Positions 1 through 9,236 are shown, numbered from the stretch's first letter. The stretch is 64,000 bases of DNA from an uncultured Roseburia sp. (GCA_947567625.1 CANONN010000007.1:4803-68802), one strand, 5' to 3'. The notes: a model not told the origin generated them from the letters alone. Numbers and translations: made by a program.

Positions 1-902
1 TGACTGCGCACAGCACCGACGGGACCTATAAAATCATCTTTGACCCCAACGGCGGGGAAGGGCACATAGACGATATTTACCCGGCGCTTTTGACCGGGCC
101 TGTGACGCTGCCGTCTGTAAGCGCCGACGGGCCGTACACCCACCGCAATGAAAATGGGCCGAGCACCTTTATCGGCTGGGATACGGATGCAAGACATTAC
201 CCGGCGGACTGCGCTTACGCAAACGGCGCCACGGTGGAGGCGTTGACAGGCGAGCACTACCAGGGAGAGGAGCACGAGCCGCAGGGCGTCGTAGTCCTCT
301 ATGCCGTCTGGGATTATTGTCCGGGGATTGAGGCGGAGGATTTATTTTACACGCTGGCAGAGGCCAAAAACGGCGTGATCACAGAGGAAGAATTGATGCG
401 CCACGCTGCTGCGTCTGACCGGGAGGATGGAGACATTGCGCCGGGCGGCAGTCCGGGGCATGAGAATAACTTTTTCATACCCGGATTTCTGGCGGAGCAA
501 TTTACCTCCATGGACCAAAGCGCAGAGGCGGATATCAGCTATCGGGTCGTGGATTCCGCGGGAAATACGTTCCAAACGTCCGTCACGGTTCGGGTGGTGG
601 ACACTACAGGCGTTTTGGCCGCACCGGAACAGACGACGCGCTTTATCGACGAAAAGTATTACGGTAAGGACTACGAGCATGGCGGACTGCGGGACGGTTC
701 TCTGTGGAAAACAAATGCGGCTTACAGAGACGCGCTATTGACGGCGTTTGAAAATCTAAACCGCCAGACGCCGCAGATAAGCTATCACTTTTCCCATGAA
801 ACCATATTGCAGATGAAACAGTTTATAGCGGAGCACGGGGTTGCGGATGCCAAAGAAGCAGGGGCTTCCATGGAATTTTACAATCGTTTTATGAGATATT
901 GA
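1..902 (+). CDS. C-terminal part of a large repeat-containing (Listeria-Bacteroides / Flg_new-type repeat) surface or secreted protein; 5' end lies outside the window
   Basis: Frame 3 is open from nt 3 to the stop at 900-902, so the ORF-track start at 90 is only an internal TTG. 'GTYKIIFDPNGGEGHIDD' and 'FIGWDTD...VVLYAVWD' look like the Y.v.FdpNGG...GW...Y.A.W repeat signature. No LPXTG at the C-terminus. Confidence 0.5.
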   Translation, partial: TAHSTDGTYKIIFDPNGGEGHIDDIYPALLTGPVTLPSVSADGPYTHRNENGPSTFIGWDTDARHYPADCAYANGATVEALTGEHYQGEEHEPQGVVVLYAVWDYCPGIEAEDLFYTLAEAKNGVITEEELMRHAAASDREDGDIAPGGSPGHENNFFIPGFLAEQFTSMDQSAEADISYRVVDSAGNTFQTSVTVRVVDTTGVLAAPEQTTRFIDEKYYGKDYEHGGLRDGSLWKTNAAYRDALLTAFENLNRQTPQISYHFSHETILQMKQFIAEHGVADAKEAGASMEFYNRFMRY

Positions 903-913
903 CATGTCCCGAT

Positions 914-1005
914 GAAATAGAATAAAATTTATGTGACATTGGTTCAGCCTGCAACTGCTGAAATAGAATAAAATTTATGTGGCATTGGTTCAGCCTGCGA
1001 CTGCG
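914..1005 (+). repeat. 46-bp tandem duplication (2 units) of the 5' arm of family-1 element copy A
   Basis: 'gaaatagaataaaatttatgtgRcattggttcagcctgcRactgc' occurs at 914-959 and 960-1005 with 3 mismatches. Confidence 0.9.
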
Positions 1006-1125
1006 CACCTGCTGCGCAGTTAGCAGCCAGGAATGCCAAATGGCCAAAGAATCCGCCCCTTTGCCGCAGGCAAACTATAAATGGGGCGGATTCCGTAACA
1101 GTGAAGCGGCAGTCTGGACGGTTAC
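983..1125 (+). repeat. Family-1 structured intergenic element, copy A
   Basis: Shares hairpins and invariant blocks ('ACTWTAAAT', 'GATTCCGTAAC') with 36232-36375 and 62663-62808. Hairpins: ACTGCGCA-cctgc-TGCGCAGT (1000-1020) and CCGCCCC[TTTGCC-gca-GGCAAA]ctataaatGGGGCGG (1053-1089). Confidence 0.8.
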
Positions 1126-1160
1126 AAATTGATCTGTATCATGTGAGATTGGAGATGATT

Positions 1161-1943
1161 ATGGGACTTACCAGTGAACAGACAAAGCGTTACGCCCGCC
1201 AGTTGATACTGGAAGAGATGGGCATAGAGGGACAGGAAACATTGTCAAAAGCACGCATACTGATTATCGGCGCCGGCGGCCTTGGCTCACCGGCAGCGCT
1301 TTATCTCGCCGCGGCGGGCGTGGGCACGATCGGCCTTGCGGACGCCGATACCGTCGAATTGTCCAATTTGCAGAGGCAGATTTTGCACACGACCAATGAT
1401 CTTGGAAGAGCGAAGGTCGTCTCGGCAAAGGAGACGCTTGACGCGGTCAATCCCGAGGTGACGGTGACGGTGTATCAAACGTTTGTGGGTTCTGAAAATA
1501 TGGAAGAGCTGGTGAAGGCTTATGATTTTGTCCTTGACGCGACGGACAATTTTGCGTCCAAGTTTTTGATCAATGACGCCTGTGTCAGAGCGAAAAAGCC
1601 GTTTACACACGCCGGAATCGGCGGGTTTGGCGGTCAGCTTATGACCTATGTGCCGGGGGAAGGGCCCTGTTACCGCTGTGTATTTGGAAATCCGCCGCCA
1701 GAGGACGTCCCCAAAACAGGTGTGATCGGCGCCGTGTGCGGCGTGATCGGCAGTTTACAGGCGATGGAGGCCGTCAAGTATGTGTTGGGAATCGGCGATC
1801 TGCTGGTGGGGAAATTACTTACATATGATGCCCTGAAAGCAGAATTTCGCACCATACGTCTGCCGAAGGGGGCAGGCGGCTGTGAAGTTTGCGGGGAATC
1901 GGCGAACGGACAAACGGGGAAGGAACGGCGAAAACCGGATTGA
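1161..1943 (+). CDS. ThiF/MoeB/HesA-family E1-like adenylyltransferase
   Basis: ORF track gives 1101..1943. Likely start is ATG 1161 (GGAGATGATT upstream); earlier codons overlap the repeat element. 'YARQLILEEMGIEGQETLSKARILIIGAGGLGSPAALYLAAAGVG' and 'SNLQRQILH' are the Rossmann/E1 signature. CxxC pairs 'CYRC' and 'CEVC' are present. Confidence 0.85.
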   Translation: MGLTSEQTKRYARQLILEEMGIEGQETLSKARILIIGAGGLGSPAALYLAAAGVGTIGLADADTVELSNLQRQILHTTNDLGRAKVVSAKETLDAVNPEVTVTVYQTFVGSENMEELVKAYDFVLDATDNFASKFLINDACVRAKKPFTHAGIGGFGGQLMTYVPGEGPCYRCVFGNPPPEDVPKTGVIGAVCGVIGSLQAMEAVKYVLGIGDLLVGKLLTYDALKAEFRTIRLPKGAGGCEVCGESANGQTGKERRKPD

Positions 1944-2069
1944 TAAACATATTTTTGCGCGCATATACTTTTATGCATACGTCTGCCTGTTTTTGCGTGC
2001 ATAAACACAGAAAAGACGACAGAATCATAAAATCCCGGAGTAAAGTTTTAACGGGCGTTTTTCATAACG

Positions 2070-2179
2070 ATTTGTGCTGGAGCGTTATAAATAGCACGGA
2101 TGGCGCACGAACTTGTTCGTGAGACGCAAGATTTGAGATTTGCGTCGCCCGTCGCGTAAACGCTCCAGAATGGAGATTA
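2070..2179 (+). repeat. Family-2 structured leader element, copy D (upstream of hemA)
   Basis: 'ATTTGTGCTGGAGCGTTAYAAATA...CGTAAACG.TC..GAATG.G.GATTA' is shared with 37542-37649. A long-range helix CTGGAGCGTT (2077-2086) / AACGCTCCAG (2159-2168) encloses two local hairpins (CACGAAC-ttg-TTCGTG; GACGCAA-n9-TTGCGTC). Confidence 0.7.
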
Positions 2180-2181
2180 AA

Positions 2182-3318
2182 ATGGATTGTATCAGTATCA
2201 ATTATAAAAAGGTTCCGCTCGATATCAGGGAAAAGTATGCGTTTTCTGCCAAGGAGCAGACGGCATTTGCAGGTTTATTAAAAGGAAAATACGGCATTGA
2301 CTGTGTCGTGATCGTATCTACCTGCAACCGCAGTGAGCTCTACTTTTGCAGTGACGGGGACACGAGTGGGCGGATGGAACATGCTCTCGCGGAGTACAAA
2401 AATATTCCGCGGGAGGACATTTTAAATCATATCTACAGTTACCAGGGCGACCGCGCGCTCCGTCATCTTTTTTTTGTTGCCAGCGGCCTGGATTCTATGG
2501 TTCTCGGGGAGGACGAGATTCTTCATCAGGTGAAAGAGAGTTACGGACAGGCTTTGCGTGAGGGAAGAAGCTGTAATGAGATGAATATTGCGTTTCAGGG
2601 GGCGCTCTGTTGTGCGAAAAGCATAAAAACAGAGACGCTTTTGTCAAAAACGCCGGTCTCGACCGGCACGCTGGCGGCAAATACCATCGAAGAATTTTTG
2701 CACAAAGACCGCAATAAAAAAGTTCTGATCGTGGGAATTACCGGAAAAATCGGCGGTATTTTGGCCAAAAATCTCTACGGCAAAAACATCAAAAACATAA
2801 CAGGTACCAGCAGGAAGCATGTGAGCGTGACAGAGAGTGTAGTCTGTCCCGGCATTGTCATGACGGATTTTGCCAAGCGCTATGAGATTCTCGACGAGAT
2901 GGATGTGATCGTCAGCGCTTCCACAAGCCCCCACTATACCTTTACGGCGGAGAAGGTGAGGGAGTATTTAAAGACAGAGAAGCCGCGTATGTTTTTGGAC
3001 ATGGCCGTTCCCCGCGATATGGACAGGGCGATCGCCGGGCTTTCGGACTGCCGGCTGGTGGATATGGATGATTTTGGGCGTATGCAAACGAGCAATCACG
3101 GAATCAAGCAAAAAGAAGTGGTCAAGGCGCAGGCGCTTTTGGAGGAAAAACTCGACGAAACATTAAAAGACATGGCGATGTCATCGTTTATGGAGCAAAA
3201 GAGGGAGCTGTTTGAGCAGATGAAAAAGAGAGAGTTTGGCAGTGTTTTTTATCAGATGAAAGAGCATCTTTCGAGTGAAAATTTTAGGGCGTTGGTTGAG
3301 GCCGTGGAACAATTGTAG
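2182..3318 (+). CDS. hemA: Glutamyl-tRNA reductase
   Basis: 'VIVSTCNRSELYF' catalytic-Cys motif and 'VLIVGITGKIGG' nucleotide-binding loop. ATG 2182 follows GGAG at 2172-2175; the ORF-track start 2140 runs into the repeat element. First gene of a hem operon. Confidence 0.9.
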   Translation: MDCISINYKKVPLDIREKYAFSAKEQTAFAGLLKGKYGIDCVVIVSTCNRSELYFCSDGDTSGRMEHALAEYKNIPREDILNHIYSYQGDRALRHLFFVASGLDSMVLGEDEILHQVKESYGQALREGRSCNEMNIAFQGALCCAKSIKTETLLSKTPVSTGTLAANTIEEFLHKDRNKKVLIVGITGKIGGILAKNLYGKNIKNITGTSRKHVSVTESVVCPGIVMTDFAKRYEILDEMDVIVSASTSPHYTFTAEKVREYLKTEKPRMFLDMAVPRDMDRAIAGLSDCRLVDMDDFGRMQTSNHGIKQKEVVKAQALLEEKLDETLKDMAMSSFMEQKRELFEQMKKREFGSVFYQMKEHLSSENFRALVEAVEQL

Positions 3319-3338
3319 AGTGGCAGTGAGGTTGGACG

Positions 3339-3968
3339 ATGGCATATTTTCCATTATTTATCGATATTGCGGGGCAGTTTTGCGCCGTTGTGGGCGGCGG
3401 CAGGGTGGCCGAGGGGAAAATCCGGCAGTTACTGGAATTTGGCGCCGATGTGGCGGTGACGGCATGCACTGTGACAAGCCAGATCGCCCTGTGGCAGGAG
3501 GAGGGGCGGATTGCGGTGCATCTGCGGGAGTACCGGCCTGCCGATATTGCCGGAGCCCTGCTGGTGGTGGCGGCGACGGACGATGTTTCTTTACAGCGGC
3601 AGGTGGCGGCGCAGTGCAGGGAGCAAAAGATACCGGTCAATGTGGTGGACGTGCGGGAGCTATGTACCTTTTATTTCCCGGCGATTGTAAGGCGGGAGGA
3701 TGTCGTGGCGGCCGTGTCCACCGGGGGCAGTTCCCCGGCGCTGGCGGCAAAGCTGCGGCGGGAACTGGAGTGTGTGATACCCGAAACCTGCGGGCAGGCA
3801 GCGGCAATCATGGGAGCCCACAGAGAGTATGTTTTGACGCATGTGGCAGGCGCGGAGAAGAGAAAGCAGGTGTTTGAACAGATGCTTGAGATTGTGCTGC
3901 GCGAGGGGCGCCTCTCCGGCGAGCAGGTGCGCAATCTGTGCGCGCATGGCGCTGATGTATATCCTTAG
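3339..3968 (+). CDS. sirC: Precorrin-2 dehydrogenase / sirohydrochlorin ferrochelatase (CysG N-terminal, SirC/Met8-like)
   Basis: 'FPLFIDIAGQFCAVVGGGRVAEGKIRQLLEFGADVAV' Rossmann signature of siroheme synthase N-domain proteins. 209 aa, in hem operon context. Confidence 0.8.
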   Translation: MAYFPLFIDIAGQFCAVVGGGRVAEGKIRQLLEFGADVAVTACTVTSQIALWQEEGRIAVHLREYRPADIAGALLVVAATDDVSLQRQVAAQCREQKIPVNVVDVRELCTFYFPAIVRREDVVAAVSTGGSSPALAAKLRRELECVIPETCGQAAAIMGAHREYVLTHVAGAEKRKQVFEQMLEIVLREGRLSGEQVRNLCAHGADVYP

Positions 3969-4059
3969 GGCGTGCGGTATTTGCATGTATTAGAACACAT
4001 ATAAAGCGGCAGGTGTAAGAACATGTACAAAGCGGCAAAGCAACCTTCAGCGTTTCTAC

Positions 4060-4157
4060 TTGAGATTGGTAATGTGCAAGATCGAGTAGAAGGCAGCAAA
4101 GTGGCATATTGAGATTAGTAATGTGCAAGATCAAGTAGAAGGCAGCAAAGTGGCATA
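4060..4157. repeat. 49-bp tandem repeat, 2 units
   Basis: 'ttgagattRgtaatgtgcaagatcRagtagaaggcagcaaagtggcata' at 4060-4108 and 4109-4157. Preceded by an imperfect 26-nt x2 repeat at 3992-4043. Confidence 0.9.
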
Positions 4158-4355
4158 TGAAAGATCACGGAGGGAGAGGCAAAGAGGCATGTGAAAGATC
4201 ACGGAGGGAGAGGCAAGAAGCATGTGAAAGATCACGGAGGGAGAGGCAAAGAAGCATGTGAAAGATCACGGATGAAGCGGCAAAGGGGCATGTGAAAGAT
4301 CACGGAGGAAGGAAGCGGCATGTGAAACTCACGGAGGAAGGAAGCAGCTAAGCGG
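4154..4355. repeat. About 30-37-bp tandem repeat, 6 units, directly upstream of hemC
   Basis: Units start at 4154, 4188, 4221, 4255, 4289 and 4319. Consensus is 'catgtgaaagatcacggagggagaggcaaagaRg', degenerating toward hemC. Confidence 0.9.
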
Positions 4356-4375
4356 CATGTCGATGGGAGGATAAC

Positions 4376-5353
4376 GTGGAAAAGACCGGAAATAAGAGGA
4401 TTTATGACAAGATCAGAGTTGGCACGCGCGGCAGCAGATTGGCGCGGCGGCAGACAGAGCTGTTGATATCGGCAGTCCAGAGGGCATACCCCGGCATACA
4501 GTGTGAAACAGTGATCATCCAGACTAAGGGAGATCAGATTTTAAACCGCCCGCTGCAAGAATTTGGCGGGAAGGGCGTTTTTGTCACAGAGCTGGAGCAG
4601 TTGATCGCGGCAGGTGAGCTCGACTGCGCCGTTCACTCAGCGAAGGATATGCCGATGGAGCTGGCAAGGGGACAGGACATTGTCTGTGTGCTGCCGCGGT
4701 CGGACGTGCGCGATGTGCTGATAACCAGGAAAGACAGGCTTGTCAGCCGTGAACATAAAGCGCTGATCGGAACGGGAAGTCTAAGACGCCGGGCACAGAT
4801 CGGCAGGCTGTATCCGCACGCGCAATTTTGCGGCATGCGGGGGAACATAGACACCCGTCTGGAAAAACTGCGCGGCGGCGCATGCGACGGTATCGTGCTT
4901 GCTGCCGCGGGGCTTGCGCGCGCAGGGCTTGACCGGGAAGCGGATTTGTCATATACATATTTCGAGCCGCAGGATGTGATACCGGCCGGCGGGCAGGCGT
5001 TTATCGCCGTCGAGGGATTGAGAGACCATCTTGACTTCTGGCGCCGCGTCGGCGACGGGCAGGCCGCACAGGAGCTGGCGGCCGAGCGGTATGTGATGCA
5101 AAAACTCGGGGCGGGCTGTCATGAGGCCGTCGGCGTATACGCGCAGATCGTTTCCTTACAGCCGACGGAGGGCATGGAAATGCCGGGCTGTCTGATGGAC
5201 AAAAATATCGTACTGCCGGAAAAGAGAATACGGCTGTCTGTCATGACGGAAAAAGACGGGCAGATATACCAAAACAGCGGGGAGACAAAGCTGCGCGACT
5301 GGGTTGTGCTGGCGGATGAATTGAGTGCGTCACTTAGAAAACTTCGTTTGTGA
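4376..5353 (+). CDS. hemC: Hydroxymethylbilane synthase (porphobilinogen deaminase)
   Basis: 'RVGTRGSRLARRQTE', 'GKGVFVTELE' and 'DCAVHSAKDMP' motifs. GTG start has GGGAGG 5 nt upstream. Confidence 0.9.
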   Translation: MEKTGNKRIYDKIRVGTRGSRLARRQTELLISAVQRAYPGIQCETVIIQTKGDQILNRPLQEFGGKGVFVTELEQLIAAGELDCAVHSAKDMPMELARGQDIVCVLPRSDVRDVLITRKDRLVSREHKALIGTGSLRRRAQIGRLYPHAQFCGMRGNIDTRLEKLRGGACDGIVLAAAGLARAGLDREADLSYTYFEPQDVIPAGGQAFIAVEGLRDHLDFWRRVGDGQAAQELAAERYVMQKLGAGCHEAVGVYAQIVSLQPTEGMEMPGCLMDKNIVLPEKRIRLSVMTEKDGQIYQNSGETKLRDWVVLADELSASLRKLRL

Positions 5354-6930
5354 CAGAAAGGCCGTTGGGAGGGATGGAGAGCATGGGAAAAGTGTCACTG
5401 ATCGGAGCCGGGCCCGGAGACGCAGGTCTCATTACGGTGAAAGGGATGGAATGTCTCAAAAGAGCCGACGTGATCGTTTACGACCGGCTGGCTTGTGATG
5501 CGCTGTTACAATACGCCAAAGCGGACGCCGTATTGATATATGTGGGCAAGAAGGCTGGCGCACATTCTGTGCGGCAGGAGGAAATCAACCGGATTTTAGT
5601 GGGGTGCGCGAAAAAATATACGCGTGTCGTGCGCTTAAAAGGCGGGGATTCGTTTGTGTTTGGCCGGGGTGGGGAAGAGATTGAAGCGCTGGAGCGGGAA
5701 AATCTGCCCTATGAGCTGATTCCGGGGGTGACGTCGGCTGTTGCAGCGCCGGAATCAGCCGGAATCCCGGTCACGCACCGGGGGGTCAGCCACAGCTTTC
5801 ACGTTGTCACCGGACACACGAAAGACGGGAGAGAGGCACTTGCCGAAGATTTTGAGATTTTGGCAAAGGCAAAGGGCACGCTTGTTTTTTTGATGGGGCT
5901 CGCCAATCTGGAATGGATTGCGGCGGGACTGACGGCGTGCGGGATGGCGGCCGATACGCCTGCGGCGGTGATTGCAGACGGTACGCTGCCGCAGGAAATC
6001 TGTGTAAAGGGTACGCTTGCCGACATTGCTAAGAGGGTGCGCCGGGCGGGGCTGCAATCACCTGCGGTGATCGTGGTCGGGAAGACGGCGGCTTTGTCGT
6101 TTCGCGACAGGCGAGAGCAGCGGGTCTTTGGAATGGTAGGAACACAGGAGATGATGGAGCGATTTGCGGACGGCCTGACGCGGCGTGCCGCCGATTTGCG
6201 TGCGGCGGCGCTTATGACCATGGAGCGGGTGCCTTTGCCGCAGGAGGGAGAGCTTGCCGGAATCATGAGGCAGATTGACGCTTACGGCTGGATTTTTTTT
6301 ACCAGCAGACAGGCCGTGCGGCAATTTTTTCAGACAGCGCGCACGGCGCGGCTTGATATGCGCAGACTGGCATCGTGCCGTTTTGCCGTGCTCGGCGAGG
6401 GCACGTATGATGCCCTGCGAGAATATGGGATTTATGCTGATTTTAAACCGGGGCAGGCGGACGGCGAGTCATTTGCGAAAGAATTTATAGACCGATGTCT
6501 GGGGGCCCGGAGCGCCGGCGTGCCGGAAACAGAGATACTGCTTCCCAGGGCCCGGCGGGGCGGCCGCAAGATGGTGGAACGGTTGCGTGACGCGGGAATT
6601 AAGGTCCGGGAGCTGTCGGTCTACGACGTGCAGGGCATGCCGACTGCGCGGTGGGACCTTGTGGAAACACTGCAAGATTATGTTTTTTTCTCGGCCTCGG
6701 GGGTGGAAGCATTTTTGGAACAGCTGAACAAGACGGGGATGCGATTGCGGGAGGGCAGCAGATGTTATGCAATCGGGGATTTGACCGCCAAGGCGCTGCG
6801 GCGCGCGTTCGGGGAGAGAGCGGCGATGGGGGAGAAGTGTGAAGTAAAGGCGGCGCCCGTCTCTTCGGTAGAGGGGCTTCTTGACCTGATCGCGGCGCAA
6901 GCGCCCGAATCCGGCGGGCAAATGAGCTAA
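5350..6930 (+). CDS. cobA: Bifunctional uroporphyrinogen-III C-methyltransferase / uroporphyrinogen-III synthase
   Basis: N-terminal 'VSLIGAGPGDAGLITVKGMECLKRADVIVYDRL' is the tetrapyrrole methylase signature. The C-terminal ~250 aa is HemD-like. The start could be 5350 (GTG overlapping the hemC stop), 5374 or 5383. Confidence 0.85.
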   Translation: MTERPLGGMESMGKVSLIGAGPGDAGLITVKGMECLKRADVIVYDRLACDALLQYAKADAVLIYVGKKAGAHSVRQEEINRILVGCAKKYTRVVRLKGGDSFVFGRGGEEIEALERENLPYELIPGVTSAVAAPESAGIPVTHRGVSHSFHVVTGHTKDGREALAEDFEILAKAKGTLVFLMGLANLEWIAAGLTACGMAADTPAAVIADGTLPQEICVKGTLADIAKRVRRAGLQSPAVIVVGKTAALSFRDRREQRVFGMVGTQEMMERFADGLTRRAADLRAAALMTMERVPLPQEGELAGIMRQIDAYGWIFFTSRQAVRQFFQTARTARLDMRRLASCRFAVLGEGTYDALREYGIYADFKPGQADGESFAKEFIDRCLGARSAGVPETEILLPRARRGGRKMVERLRDAGIKVRELSVYDVQGMPTARWDLVETLQDYVFFSASGVEAFLEQLNKTGMRLREGSRCYAIGDLTAKALRRAFGERAAMGEKCEVKAAPVSSVEGLLDLIAAQAPESGGQMS

Positions 6931-6969
6931 ATATTAAGAAGCAGATCAACAGAAAGGCAGGAAAATCAA

Positions 6970-7953
6970 GTGATAAACAGGATGAGGAGGCTGCGCGTCA
7001 ACGCGGCCATGCGTGCCCTGGTGCGCGAGACAAAAGTAGAGATCAGCGATCTGGTATACCCGGTGTTTGTCATCGAGGGAGAAAATATCAAAAATCCAAT
7101 CGATTCCATGCCGGGTATTTTTCAGTATTCGGTCGATCGTTTTGGCGAGGAGCTGGACAGAATAAAGGCGGCGAAAATCCCAGCGATATTGCTGTTTGGC
7201 ATTCCGGCGCATAAAGACGAGACGGGCAGCGAGGCTTACAACGACGAGGGGGTTACACAGCGGGCTATCCGCGCGATCAAGGCGAGCGCGCCCGATCTGC
7301 TTGTGATCGCCGATGTCTGTCTCTGCGAGTATACGTCTCACGGGCATTGCGGTGTTGTCTGCGGAGGAGAAATCTTAAACGATGAGACACTGCCGCTCTT
7401 GGCAAAGATGGCCGTAAGCTTAGCGAGGGCAGGCGCGGATATCATCGCGCCTTCGGATATGATGGACGGCAGAGTCGCGGCCATCCGCCGGGCGCTGGAC
7501 GAAAACGGTTTCCAAAACCGCGCCATAATGGCGTACAGCGCCAAGTTTGCCTCCGCGTACTATGCACCGTTTCGGGACGCGGCCCACTCGGCGCCTGGAT
7601 TTGGCGACCGCAAAACCTACCAGATGGACGGGGCCAACCGCAGGGAAGCGATGCGGGAATGTCTTATGGATATCGAGGAGGGGGCGGATATTATTATGAT
7701 AAAGCCCGCTTTGGCGTATCTGGATGTTTTGCGGGAGGCGGCGCAAAGAACCGATTATCCGCTGGCTGTGTATAATGTCAGCGGGGAATACGCTATGGTG
7801 AAGGCTGCGGCCGCAAACGGCTGGATTGACGAGCAAAAAATTGTGATGGAAAATCTGCTCGGCATGAAGCGGGCGGGGGCGAAGATCATCATTACCTATC
7901 ACGCGCTGGACGCGGCGGCCTGGCTCAAAGAAGAATGGGGGAATGAATGTTAG
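6970..7953 (+). CDS. hemB: Porphobilinogen synthase (delta-aminolevulinate dehydratase)
   Basis: '[12 protein letters not shown]', '[12 protein letters not shown]' (Schiff-base Lys region) and 'YNVSGEYAM'. Confidence 0.92.
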   Translation: MINRMRRLRVNAAMRALVRETKVEISDLVYPVFVIEGENIKNPIDSMPGIFQYSVDRFGEELDRIKAAKIPAILLFGIPAHKDETGSEAYNDEGVTQRAIRAIKASAPDLLVIADVCLCEYTSHGHCGVVCGGEILNDETLPLLAKMAVSLARAGADIIAPSDMMDGRVAAIRRALDENGFQNRAIMAYSAKFASAYYAPFRDAAHSAPGFGDRKTYQMDGANRREAMRECLMDIEEGADIIMIKPALAYLDVLREAAQRTDYPLAVYNVSGEYAMVKAAAANGWIDEQKIVMENLLGMKRAGAKIIITYHALDAAAWLKEEWGNEC

Positions 7954-9236
7954 CTATGAATCATCAAAAATCGGAACAATTGTATGAGCGCGCGAAAGAG
8001 TACCTGCCGGGCGGCGTCAACAGTCCGGTGCGGGCGTATCTGGCGGTCGGCCGCACGCCGGTATTTATCGAGCGGGCGGCAGGGCCCTATCTTTATGATG
8101 TGGACGGCAATTCCTATCTGGATTACGTCGGCTCCTGGGGGCCGTGTATCCTGGGCCATGCCCACCCCGAAGTGACGGAGGCGGTACGGCGTGCGAGTGA
8201 GAACGGTTTGACTTACGGGGCGCCCACACAAAAGGAGATTGAGATTGCGGAGTTGATTCGCGCTTGTATGCCGTCGATGGAAATGTCGCGTCTGGTAAGC
8301 TCCGGCACGGAGGCGGTGATGAGTGCCGTGCGCGTGGCAAGGGGATTTACGGGTCGTGATAAAATCATCAAATTCCGCGGCTGCTACCACGGACATGCCG
8401 ACGGTCTGTTAGTGAAAGCGGGGTCCGGGGCGTTGACGCAGTCGGTGCCGGACAGCCTTGGCGTTCCGGCGGGCTGTACCCAAGATACCCTGATCGCAGA
8501 GTACAATGATGAGACTTCCGTTCAGAGGCTGTTTGAGGCAAACAGGGGACAGATTGCGGCTCTGATTGTGGAACCGGTGGCGGCGAACATGGGTGTCGTG
8601 CCTCCCGGGGACGGTTTTTTACCGTTTTTGCGCGAGATTACACGCCAAAACGGCGCGCTTTTGATCTTTGACGAGGTCATCACAGGCTTTCGGCTGGGAC
8701 TTGGCGGGGCGCAGCAGTACTATGGGGTGGTGCCGGACCTTTCGACGCTGGGCAAGATTGTCGGCGGCGGGATGCCGATGGGCGCCTATGGCGGCCGCCG
8801 GGAGATCATGCAGCTGGTGGCTCCGGTGGGAGGGGTCTATCAGGCGGGCACGCTCTCGGGCAATCCGATCGCCACGGCGGCTGGAATCACGACGTTGCGT
8901 CTGCTAAAAGAACAGCCCCAAATCTACGACAAAATCGCGGAGCACACGAGAGTGATTGCGGATACCGTCAAAGATGCGTTCGGCGATCAGGTGCAGGTCA
9001 ATCGCGTGGGTTCTCTGATGAGCGTATTTTTTACAGGGGAGCGGGTGAGAGATTATGTGACGGCGGCAACCTCCGACACGTCAAAATATGCCCGGTATTT
9101 CGGCTATCTGCTGGAACACGGCATCTACACGGCGCCGTCTCAGTTTGAGGCCATGTTTGTTTCTGCGGCGCATAAGGCGGAGGATATCGAGAGAACGTGT
9201 GATGTGATCCGGACTATTTCACACTTTTCCTATTGA
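7947..9236 (+). CDS. hemL: Glutamate-1-semialdehyde 2,1-aminomutase
   Basis: '[11 protein letters not shown]', 'GCYHGH', 'FDEVITGFR' and '[10 protein letters not shown]'. Overlaps the hemB stop by 7 nt. Confidence 0.92.
   Translation: MLAMNHQKSEQLYERAKEYLPGGVNSPVRAYLAVGRTPVFIERAAGPYLYDVDGNSYLDYVGSWGPCILGHAHPEVTEAVRRASENGLTYGAPTQKEIEIAELIRACMPSMEMSRLVSSGTEAVMSAVRVARGFTGRDKIIKFRGCYHGHADGLLVKAGSGALTQSVPDSLGVPAGCTQDTLIAEYNDETSVQRLFEANRGQIAALIVEPVAANMGVVPPGDGFLPFLREITRQNGALLIFDEVITGFRLGLGGAQQYYGVVPDLSTLGKIVGGGMPMGAYGGRREIMQLVAPVGGVYQAGTLSGNPIATAAGITTLRLLKEQPQIYDKIAEHTRVIADTVKDAFGDQVQVNRVGSLMSVFFTGERVRDYVTAATSDTSKYARYFGYLLEHGIYTAPSQFEAMFVSAAHKAEDIERTCDVIRTISHFSY

Noticed and set aside
2070-2179. 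Family-2 element upstream of hemA considered as a tetrapyrrole/cobalamin-type riboswitch
   Set aside because: No B12-box or other known riboswitch core is present. The second copy precedes an unrelated glycosyltransferase gene, so a metabolite-specific aptamer is unlikely.
4154-4355. Tandem repeat array considered as a CRISPR array
   Set aside because: The units are contiguous with no unique spacers, are variable in length (30-37 nt), and decay progressively. No cas genes are present. It is a simple tandem repeat.
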